Shown here: one piece after another, positions 9,289 to 17,269 of the stretch | Numbering within the stretch: the stretch's first letter is position 1 | How the letters are laid out: the number at the start of each line of letters is the position of its first letter | Assembly (NCBI GenBank): GCA_963667665.2 | Contig: OY763927.2 | Coordinates: 32,001 to 96,000, forward strand | Length of the DNA: 64,000 nt | Origin: Nitrosopumilus sp. | GTDB taxonomy: Archaea > Thermoproteota > Nitrososphaeria > Nitrososphaerales > Nitrosopumilaceae | Reading direction: 5' to 3' | Position numbers and translations under genes: made by a program | The notes under the pieces: model-generated | What the model was told of the DNA's origin: nothing | What the model saw: the letters and a program-made list of their open reading frames with translations, nothing else | Databases searched by the model: none

Positions 9289-9866
9289 TAGCAGTAGTTT
9301 TTGGAATAGGCATAGGACTCTCACTAGATGTTTCAGCAGAAGAAGGGTTGATTCCATCTTGGATTAAAAATACTGCAATATTTTGGGGTAATGATCAAAT
9401 AAGTGATGCTGAATTTATTGATGCATTGCAATTTTTGATTGATAATGGTATACTTATTGTTGGAGAAACTTCAGTATCTCAAACTGTAACGAGTCAAAAT
9501 AATGACGAATCTGAAAGTAGTGTAACAGAACAAGAAGTTTTACGAGTCTATACGAAACAAGCCAATACATTTTTTGTTACAGTTGATGAACGAGGAGCTA
9601 ACGAAGATTGTAAAAAGTTCAATAATTGTTTTACCCCCAGTCGTATATGGATACACCCAACTGACACAATTGAATTCACCAATATTGGCCAAATTCAACA
9701 TAGATTGTCATCTGCAGATCGTTATCTTGAACCTGATAGTCAACTATTCTATAATCAAATACTAGAAGAAGGTGAATCGTTTGAATATCAATTCAACCAA
9801 GTTCAGACTTATTATGTCACCTGCTTAAATCATCCTGATATGCGATTAATAATCAAAGTTGAATAA
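9264..9866 (+). CDS. Secreted blue-copper (cupredoxin) protein with IPxWIKN domain
   Basis: Signal peptide MKPVIIIAIA..., IPSWIKNTAIFW...EFIDALQFLI module, type-1 Cu ligands H...CLNHPDM. Confidence 0.8.
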   Translation: MKPVIIIAIAVVFGIGIGLSLDVSAEEGLIPSWIKNTAIFWGNDQISDAEFIDALQFLIDNGILIVGETSVSQTVTSQNNDESESSVTEQEVLRVYTKQANTFFVTVDERGANEDCKKFNNCFTPSRIWIHPTDTIEFTNIGQIQHRLSSADRYLEPDSQLFYNQILEEGESFEYQFNQVQTYYVTCLNHPDMRLIIKVE

Positions 9867-9934
9867 TTAGGATGTAAAATATCTCTGAAATTATTGTAAT
9901 TAGTTAATTTGTTGATTTTATCATTTACTACTCG

Positions 9935-9970
9935 TTTTTACTCAACATTCCTTAGCTGAAAGAAGAGTTT
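9935..9970 (+). repeat. 36-bp imperfect (27-bp perfect) direct repeat copy 1
   Basis: AACATTCCTTAGCTGAAAGAAGAGTTT (9944-9970) identical to 10254-10280; extends to 34/36 identity. Confidence 0.9.
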
Positions 9971-9973
9971 CAT

Positions 9974-10205
9974 CTAATTTTTCTTAGTATCTTTTTCTCT
10001 ATTTTCTTCTTGAGTAACTTTTCTATGACATGAAACACATAATGCTTCAAGATTAACAATGTCATTATTTGATGGATCGGTATTTTTATGATGAATATCG
10101 AAACCCATTTCATCCATTTTTTTTTTGGCAACGGCCACATATCCAGTTTTGCCCTCTCGCAATTTTGAGTTTTTGAGGCCTCCTTAACTTCTTTCTTTCC
10201 ACCAT
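9974..10205 (-). pseudogene. HNH endonuclease, frameshifted in an A10 homopolymer
   Basis: Removing one A from the run at 10117-10126 gives a 76-aa ORF with CGRC...DIHH...N...NLEALCVSCH. Confidence 0.8.
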
Positions 10206-10244
10206 ATACCTTGTATACTTGAATTGATTATATTGATTTCTGAA

Positions 10245-10280
10245 TTTTTACAAAACATTCCTTAGCTGAAAGAAGAGTTT
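10245..10280 (+). repeat. 36-bp imperfect (27-bp perfect) direct repeat copy 2
   Basis: Matches 9935-9970 at a 310-bp offset. Confidence 0.9.
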
Positions 10281-10471
10281 TACAATAATTTATCAAAAAA
10301 GAATTGATTATCGTTTAATTTGAAAATAATAAAGACGGTAAACGTACCTTTTGTTATCCTAGTAAAGACATGCAGAAAGTTCAGGATCTTATTAAGATGT
10401 CAGGTTTGTGTGCTGGTGCTTACAAAGAGGGATTGATTGATGATCCTAGACCTTAGATTAGGAGAATTTAG

Positions 10472-10499
10472 AAAATGAAACCTGTAATAATTATCGCAA
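10472..10499 (+). repeat. 28-bp direct repeat copy 2 (orphan signal-peptide start)
   Basis: Identical to 9261-9288; reading frame stops after MKPVIIIAKFYSLCLQ. Confidence 0.9.
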
Positions 10500-10528
10500 A
10501 GTTCTATTCTTTGTGTCTTCAATAGCTA

Positions 10529-12025
10529 GTGATGACCAAGTTGAGAATATTGGCATTTTCAGATTATAGAGTTCAAGATATTGATTTGTTAGTTGATTTC
10601 ATTCAAAAAATGCAAAAAAAACCTGACATCATACTTTACGCTGGTGATGATATAGATAGATTTGTGGAACATGAACTAATCAAATCATCTGAATTGAGAT
10701 ATGAGATAAACCGAGGAAAGATGATTAGAAACCGTTTTGAAGAGATAGCGTCACTTTCAAAATTAGGTTTATGTGCTGCTATAGGTAATGATGACTTTCC
10801 AAACGTCAGAGAATTCATTCGTGGAAAAAATGTTCATAGTGTACAGGAGAAACCTTTCATTTTTGGAAATTATGCATTAATAGGAATAGAAGGTGCGATA
10901 GACGATCCAAAGGATAAGAGTATTGGAATAGGACATACCCTGTACAGTGAAGCTTCTTTAAAGAAGAATCTTGAGAAAATGAAGAAAAAAATAAAAAATA
11001 AAAAAATAATTATTTTATCTCATTCTCCACCACGCAATGCTCTTGATATGGCTTTTCGATTCGGAATAAGGAACATAGGTTCTAAATCATTAAGAGATTT
11101 TATAAAGAAAAATCATAAAAATATTCCTCTTGTTGTGTGTGGCCATGTTCATTTGCAGGGAGGAAAAAATACTACTATTGAGAAAACAACCATTGTAAAC
11201 GCAGCATCGCATGATAATAACGGAGCGCCCGGAAGAGTTGCAATAATTGATGTTAGTGATGATAATGTTGAAATTAACTGGCATGAAATGTATGGTGTTG
11301 ACGGAATTTTTGGAGTAGGCCCTGTAAAATATCAAAAATTCAAAAAAGTAGGAATAACAACAATCGATAAATTATATGATATTAGTATCAAAGAGTTATG
11401 CAATTGTCTTAACTGCCATCCTAATGTAGCCACAAAAATTCAAGTGCGAGCTAAAGCAGTTTTTGAAAAGAAAATAATCACATTGGAGAGAATGATATCT
11501 ATAGAAGATGATGCAGCATTTTTTGATATTGAAACAGATCTAACACAAAGCTTAGTTTGGATGATAGGAATTTACTTTGCAAAAACCAATAAACTAGTCC
11601 AACTAGTAGCACATAAACCATCTCAAGAGAAATCCATTCTCAAGAAATTCTTGGATAATATGAAAGATTTTAGAGGGAAAATTTACACATTCTCAGGAAC
11701 AAGATTTGATGAGAGGGTAACAAAGAACAGACTAACCCACTACAAGATGAATTATTCGAATCTCCCCGAGTTTATTGACTTGGCAAAATATATCCAGCGT
11801 TCTTATGCTTTGCCACTGAAATCATATGGTCTAAAATCGATTGCTGATCATTTCGGGTACAAGTATCAGCATCCAGACCTTGATGGAATGACTGTTGCTT
11901 TGGAGTATCTGTCAAACTATCAAAAAACAAAAGATAAGAAATTAATGAAAAAGTTATTAGAATATAACAAAGACGATTTGCTTTCTCTACCATGGATTAT
12001 GAATAAACTTTCTTCAATTGCTTGA
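10529..12025 (+). CDS. Metallophosphoesterase + HhH + RNase H-like (YprB/RNase_H_2-type) fusion
   Basis: FSD, AGDD, GNDD, SHSPP, GHVH; GVGP HhH; FFDIET, FSGTRFD, YNKDD. Confidence 0.8.
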   Translation: MMTKLRILAFSDYRVQDIDLLVDFIQKMQKKPDIILYAGDDIDRFVEHELIKSSELRYEINRGKMIRNRFEEIASLSKLGLCAAIGNDDFPNVREFIRGKNVHSVQEKPFIFGNYALIGIEGAIDDPKDKSIGIGHTLYSEASLKKNLEKMKKKIKNKKIIILSHSPPRNALDMAFRFGIRNIGSKSLRDFIKKNHKNIPLVVCGHVHLQGGKNTTIEKTTIVNAASHDNNGAPGRVAIIDVSDDNVEINWHEMYGVDGIFGVGPVKYQKFKKVGITTIDKLYDISIKELCNCLNCHPNVATKIQVRAKAVFEKKIITLERMISIEDDAAFFDIETDLTQSLVWMIGIYFAKTNKLVQLVAHKPSQEKSILKKFLDNMKDFRGKIYTFSGTRFDERVTKNRLTHYKMNYSNLPEFIDLAKYIQRSYALPLKSYGLKSIADHFGYKYQHPDLDGMTVALEYLSNYQKTKDKKLMKKLLEYNKDDLLSLPWIMNKLSSIA

Positions 12026-12265
12026 GAGTAGATTCTAAACTCTTTTTGGGTTATTAGTAATCAGTAATGGAATGATTGTTTGTTTTTCTAAATAAGATTA
12101 CATCTATTCCATTCTTTTTGCATTTTACCTGGTACATGAAGTAGTTATTGAAAAATCCTTATTGATCTTCAGGTTATTGTGTCATCTGTCTTGTTTGATT
12201 CTATACTCCTTCTGTTTTCTCAAAATTCAGAATTAATTACAGTCTTTTAGCTAACAAAAACTAAC

Positions 12266-12283
12266 AAAGTATCTTTGGTTTTT
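12266..12283 (+). repeat. Putative attR core
   Basis: Identical to 5608-5625. Confidence 0.8.
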
Positions 12284-12308
12284 ATTACCATTTTTCAAAA
12301 TTTAGCTA

Positions 12309-12530
12309 TTGTCTGATGATGAAAAATCTACCAAACTCACAATGAGAGAAATTGTATTGAGGGGTTCTATTATTGCCACAATAATCACAATTCCATCAAT
12401 TATTGCATTTGTTCTTACTTGGCTTTTACTTGATGATTTGATCTATGCGTTCATTTTAGGCGCAATGGTTTATTTTTTTGCCATGATAATATCATTAAAA
12501 ATTTCTAAAAAATTTTTGGTCAAAAAGTAG
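12309..12530 (+). CDS. Small two-TM membrane protein
   Basis: Two hydrophobic helices; TATA-like TTTTATTA ~25 nt upstream. Confidence 0.65.
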   Translation: MSDDEKSTKLTMREIVLRGSIIATIITIPSIIAFVLTWLLLDDLIYAFILGAMVYFFAMIISLKISKKFLVKK

Positions 12531-12572
12531 TTGTATAGATCATGTTTTATTTCATTGTAATTCATCTCAAAA

Positions 12573-12926
12573 ATGATGTATTCTAAAATTGAGAATGATC
12601 TTGTTTCTGAAATTAGACTAGATCCTATTCAAGCTAAAGTGTATTTGTTAATTACTTGTAATGGAAAAATGCCCTCGACAAAAATTGCAGAAAAATTAAA
12701 AATTTCTTTAGATGATGCCCTAAAGGTATCTAAAGAACTAATGACTCTTGGTGCTTTCATAGATTTTTCTGAAACTGAATTTGAGGCAATGCATCCTAGA
12801 TTTACAGCAGTTAATATGTATAGAAAAATGTGTGAGCGAGAAAATATTGAATTTAAACAAAATAAAATTGTTGATAATATAGGAGTAATTTTAGAAAAAC
12901 CGTATGACGATGCAAGAACTAAATAA
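12573..12926 (+). CDS. TrmB-like winged-helix protein
   Basis: QAKVYLLI...STKIAEKLKIS...LMTLG...FEAMHP pattern. Confidence 0.6.
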   Translation: MMYSKIENDLVSEIRLDPIQAKVYLLITCNGKMPSTKIAEKLKISLDDALKVSKELMTLGAFIDFSETEFEAMHPRFTAVNMYRKMCERENIEFKQNKIVDNIGVILEKPYDDARTK

Positions 12927-12948
12927 TGCTGATAATTGGTGAACAGCA

Positions 12949-13347
12949 TTGAGTATTGATACTGAAACTTGTAAACATCAACCTGTTTACTATGGAGTAA
13001 TCAATATCAACATAGATGAAAAAACAATTGGTTCAGTTGATGTCTGGAGATGTGGTGCTTGCAAGAAACGATTCTGTGAAGAAAAACAACTTGGAATTGA
13101 AGAGATTGCTGACCTGGTAGGAATGCCAAAAATTGATTCTGATGCAAAATGGGCAGTTACAGTATGTAAATTACAACAAGGAAAATACAAATGGAAATTA
13201 GTTAAACTAAAAGAAAATAGTGAAATCAAGCATGAATGTTTAGATGAACAAATAATTTCATTCAAGGTTAAAGATTTCAAAGTTGAAGATGATAGCCACT
13301 GGAGCTTTTTAATTGATGATAACATTAACAAGGCTGTTGAAATTTAG
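12949..13347 (+). CDS. Hypothetical Cys-containing (possible Zn-binding) protein
   Basis: CKH...CGAC; co-oriented with neighbours. Confidence 0.6.
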   Translation: MSIDTETCKHQPVYYGVININIDEKTIGSVDVWRCGACKKRFCEEKQLGIEEIADLVGMPKIDSDAKWAVTVCKLQQGKYKWKLVKLKENSEIKHECLDEQIISFKVKDFKVEDDSHWSFLIDDNINKAVEI

Positions 13348-13355
13348 TTTTTATA

Positions 13356-13640
13356 ATGGAACTCAAAGTTCACATTAATAATATTCATGGAAGCCAAATG
13401 GCTGCAAAGATTACTGGTAAATTTACTTTAGATAATAATGAATTTCGTTTTACTGCAATTGCATTTGGTAGAATAGGTGGACAAAATGTGGGTGCAAAGC
13501 TTTCTAAAACTACTGAAAAAGAATTAGAAAAATTGGGATATGATGTTGAGGAAGTTATCATATTACTTCAGAAAAATCTACTTCAAGGAGATTTGACTCT
13601 TCCAGAAGGTCTCTCAAGAGAATCATTTGTTGATGACTAA
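13356..13640 (+). CDS. Hypothetical protein
   Basis: 94-aa ORF in apparent operon. Confidence 0.6.
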   Translation: MELKVHINNIHGSQMAAKITGKFTLDNNEFRFTAIAFGRIGGQNVGAKLSKTTEKELEKLGYDVEEVIILLQKNLLQGDLTLPEGLSRESFVDD

Positions 13641-14428
13641 AATTCTGCTTCTTCTAATGCCTTAGCACAGGAACAACTTCTTGTTTTAGGAATGTTATCA
13701 ATTAATTCTGTTAATATTTTCTTTGTCTTCTCTACATTTTTTGAAAGTGTCTCTAAGACTTGTTTAGCAGTTACAGGTTTTTCAGCCCATACATCATAAT
13801 CTGTGACAGTTGAGATTGACGCATAACATATTTGCGCTTCTCTTGCTAGTTGACATTCTGGAACAAGTGTCATTCCAATGATATCTGCTCCTGTTGATCT
13901 GTAGAATTTTGATTCTGCCTTACTTGAAAATCGTGGGCCTTCAATGCAGACATAGGTACAATCTTTGTGTATTTTCAAATTTTGTTTATCTGTTACTTTA
14001 ATAATTGATGATTGCAATTCTGGACAAAAAGGTTCAGCTACTGAAATATGAATTACTCTTCCTTCTTCTGAAAATGATCCATCTCTTGATTTTGTAAAGT
14101 CTAAAAATTGTGATGGTAATGCAAAGTCTCCCGGTTCTAATTCTTCTTTTAGACTTCCAACTGCTGAAGGTGCTATGATTCTTGTGACTCCTAGTTCTTT
14201 GAATGCCCAAATGTTTGCTTTAAAATTAATCATATGTGGTGGAATGGTGTGTTTTTTTCCATGTCTTGGAAGGAAAGCAATCTTTCTTCCATTAAAAATT
14301 CCAACTGTTATGGTATCTGAAGGTTTACCATAAGGTGTCTCGATATCAACTTCTTGTGCATTTTCAAGTAAACCTGAATCATAAATTCCTGTTCCACCAA
14401 AAATTCCAATCTCAACATCTTTTTCCAT
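13637..14428 (-). CDS. mtnP: S-methyl-5'-thioadenosine phosphorylase
   Basis: GIFGGTG, LPRHG, EGPRFS, IIGMT, VTDYD; start at MEKDV. Confidence 0.95.
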   Translation of the reverse strand: MEKDVEIGIFGGTGIYDSGLLENAQEVDIETPYGKPSDTITVGIFNGRKIAFLPRHGKKHTIPPHMINFKANIWAFKELGVTRIIAPSAVGSLKEELEPGDFALPSQFLDFTKSRDGSFSEEGRVIHISVAEPFCPELQSSIIKVTDKQNLKIHKDCTYVCIEGPRFSSKAESKFYRSTGADIIGMTLVPECQLAREAQICYASISTVTDYDVWAEKPVTAKQVLETLSKNVEKTKKILTELIDNIPKTRSCSCAKALEEAEF

Positions 14429-14940
14429 TAATATTTCACCAATGATTTGCAATCATACTTGCTGATTCCTTTAATTCCATTAAGATCAGTTAATTCTATG
14501 ATAAACGCAAACCCTGAAATTTTTCCACCTATTTTTTCAATTAATTTTGCAGATGCTTTTGCAGTGCCTCCTGTTGCAAGTAAATCATCACAAATGAGAA
14601 TTCTTTGTCCTTCTTTGATTATGTCTTTCTGAATCTCTAGTGTGTCCTTACCATATTCTATGGTATATGATAATTTTACAGTTTTTCCAGGCAATTTTCC
14701 TGCTTTTCTAATCATTATCATGCCTTTGTTGTATCTTGAGGCTAAAACAGAAGCTAAAATGAATCCTCTTGACTCAATTCCAGCAAACAGATCTACATCT
14801 TTTGGATGAAAATGTTTTGAAAACTCATCAGCAATTAAAGACAAAGCTGATGGATCCTTCAAAATCGGACTAAAGTCTCTAAATAAAATTCCTTTTTTAG
14901 GGAAATTGGGGTATTCCGCAATTTTTTCTCTAAGATTCAT
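14428..14940 (-). CDS. apt: Adenine phosphoribosyltransferase
   Basis: [30 protein letters not shown] motif. Confidence 0.95.
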   Translation of the reverse strand: MNLREKIAEYPNFPKKGILFRDFSPILKDPSALSLIADEFSKHFHPKDVDLFAGIESRGFILASVLASRYNKGMIMIRKAGKLPGKTVKLSYTIEYGKDTLEIQKDIIKEGQRILICDDLLATGGTAKASAKLIEKIGGKISGFAFIIELTDLNGIKGISKYDCKSLVKY

Positions 14941-14982
14941 AGAAAATAAGGTAATTCAGTAAAATAAAATTGTTTGAAATTA

Positions 14983-17190
14983 TTATTTCAACTCAAAAGT
15001 GGTTTCTGCTGAATCAAACGCATCTGATATTTTGAATGTATAAATTCCAGGTTCTGTATCTTTAGGAACTAACCAAGGGACACTTATTTCTCCTTGGGCT
15101 GATGCTCTTGGATTCAAAGTCTGGATGATTTCACCATCTCCTGCTATTATTTCAACTGTCACCGTTTGTTGTACTCCAACTGCTTGGATTGTGATTGTTT
15201 TTCCTAAATGTGACGTACTTGGATCGATTGTTTCTTCAACTGTTATTTGTATTCCTTCAGCTAATGTTGCTAAAACTTCAATTTTTTTATCGGCAAAGTT
15301 TGCTCCACTTACTACCTTGATTGTCCAAATTCCAGATTTTGCCTCTGATGGTATTCTAAATGATTCTTCTGAAATCTTGCCTGTCACGTATCCATCTTTG
15401 TCTGTAACTGTGAGTATTATGATTGTCTCTTTGGTTTTTACTATATTTTCATCTGGATCTGTTAATGTAAATTCTGCTATACATTTTCTCTCTGTTCCAC
15501 CTAGAATTAAAATTGATTCTCCAGGTACATAACTCTCCTTGGTAGTGTCAATATCTATTACACCACAAATACTCTGCACACCAACTGTAAAAATATCCTG
15601 AGTTTGAGTACTTCCCTTACTAATTACGGCAGTGTATATTCCAGTTGCATATTCATCTAAATTAAGAGAATATTCTCCTCTACCATCTGGTTGTAGTGTT
15701 ATAGATATTGCATCTCCTTTTGGTTTTTCAGAAGGATCAAGAATTAGTAGACTAATGACATCTGATCCTTTCCCTGTAAGTGAAATTATGGCCGTATCTC
15801 CTGCTTTGTAATTCAATACATCAAATTTTATGTTAACTGGAATTGAAGGTAATTGCCCAACTCCTGCAAAAATGAACTCTTTTTCTTTTTCTTGTGTTGC
15901 AATTAGTGTATATGTTCCCTTTCTTGCATTTAGTTCTGTTTGGAATTTAAACTCTACAAAACCTGAATCATCAACTTGAATAATATCTGAAAAAATCTCT
16001 TTCCCAATAGGGTCTTCTAATATCATTTCAATTGATTTGTTTGGTAATGCAGTTCCATTGAATTTCATGATTTCACCTGGTTCAAACTTTAAACTAATTG
16101 GAATTATGATTATTACTTTATCTGATTCCACTGTCCAATGCTCTACAATACTTTCCCTTCCATCAGTAATAGTTGCACTATATTTTCCAAATGAAGAATC
16201 TAATGCTACGATAATTGGTTCTGATAATTCCCAGTTTCCAGTTCTATCTATTTCTGCTGTTCTTGAATTAATAACTTCTCCTTCTGGATTGGAAATTTCT
16301 GCAGTTATGGCGCTATTTGGATTTCCAGTTCCAAAAATCTCTAAAAAGTCTCCTCTATGAATAACATCTGGAAGTCCTTTAATTGTAAGTTTGATGTTTT
16401 CTGATTCTGGAATTTGATTTTCAAGATCTCCTATTCTGAGACTAATCTTTTTCTCTCCTCCGTTTTTGTCTATTATTTTAAAATCTGCCCTGTCAGCTTT
16501 CTGATTTTCAGGAATTTTCATACTAGTCATAAAGTGACCATCTTCATCTGTTTCAAAACTACCAATTTTTTTTGAATCAATATAGAAATCAAATTCTTGA
16601 GATGCAGCAAATTTGTCTCCTGTAACTCTTATTGATGAACCAACATTTGGTTTCTCTGGAACTATTCTAAAGATTGATTCTGATAAATCATAAACTAGAA
16701 TTCCGTCAGTATTGTTTGTACTTTGATCTTGTTTAGGTTTTGTATTTTGAACCACATCTGGTAATTCATCTGGTAATATTTTGCCAATACTAATTTGGTT
16801 GTCTCCTTTGTCTAATGTCTTCCAATTAATTCCAGGTTTTGCTTTATCTGTTTTAACACCAAACTTTACAGATTCACCTTGTTTGATTGTTTCAGATGAT
16901 GTGAAAATAATTACTCCTTGAGGAGTTTTTTCACCAATCCAACCTTCTTCTGTTTTAAAAGATTTGAAACTAAAATCACTTCCAAGCCAAATTCTAAATG
17001 AATTAACTGATTCGTCAGAATCATTTGTAACTTCAATGATTGTAGTCTCTTCAAAAGCAAAACTTTTGACATTAACTTCTTCTGCGTATACATTTGATGG
17101 GATTGCAATAATTATAATTGAAAATAATAATGTAATTGCAAGGCAAATTCCTCTCGTCGAGGATTTATTCATGTAATCCAGATTAGACAT
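14983..17190 (-). CDS. Large secreted beta-sandwich repeat (surface) protein
   Basis: Signal peptide, repeated Ig-like modules ending G-x-Y/W-T/S-x-x-A/I. Confidence 0.7.
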   Translation of the reverse strand: MSNLDYMNKSSTRGICLAITLLFSIIIIAIPSNVYAEEVNVKSFAFEETTIIEVTNDSDESVNSFRIWLGSDFSFKSFKTEEGWIGEKTPQGVIIFTSSETIKQGESVKFGVKTDKAKPGINWKTLDKGDNQISIGKILPDELPDVVQNTKPKQDQSTNNTDGILVYDLSESIFRIVPEKPNVGSSIRVTGDKFAASQEFDFYIDSKKIGSFETDEDGHFMTSMKIPENQKADRADFKIIDKNGGEKKISLRIGDLENQIPESENIKLTIKGLPDVIHRGDFLEIFGTGNPNSAITAEISNPEGEVINSRTAEIDRTGNWELSEPIIVALDSSFGKYSATITDGRESIVEHWTVESDKVIIIIPISLKFEPGEIMKFNGTALPNKSIEMILEDPIGKEIFSDIIQVDDSGFVEFKFQTELNARKGTYTLIATQEKEKEFIFAGVGQLPSIPVNIKFDVLNYKAGDTAIISLTGKGSDVISLLILDPSEKPKGDAISITLQPDGRGEYSLNLDEYATGIYTAVISKGSTQTQDIFTVGVQSICGVIDIDTTKESYVPGESILILGGTERKCIAEFTLTDPDENIVKTKETIIILTVTDKDGYVTGKISEESFRIPSEAKSGIWTIKVVSGANFADKKIEVLATLAEGIQITVEETIDPSTSHLGKTITIQAVGVQQTVTVEIIAGDGEIIQTLNPRASAQGEISVPWLVPKDTEPGIYTFKISDAFDSAETTFELK

Positions 17191-17269
17191 CTCTCACTTA
17201 AACCTAAAGACTTTTTCCTGCTTTTCTATTTTTTACTTCAGTACTTTTCATGAGAAACCTTCTTAAATC

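Larger units (their letters stand above)
5608..12283. mobile_element. Integrated, probably composite and decaying, tyrosine-recombinase element / genomic island
   Basis: Bounded by identical 18-bp direct repeats; contains integrase genes, HUH Rep, nucleases and gene fragments; flanked by core-type genes. Confidence 0.85.

Noticed and set aside
10322-10456. Short open frame ending MQKVQDLIKMSGLCAGAYKEGLIDDPRP
   Set aside because: Too short to assign; probably a gene remnant between repeats
9935-10499. Island repeats as CRISPR repeats or integron attC sites
   Set aside because: Only two copies each, 310 and 1211 bp apart; no RYYYAAC...GTTRRRY hairpin architecture seen
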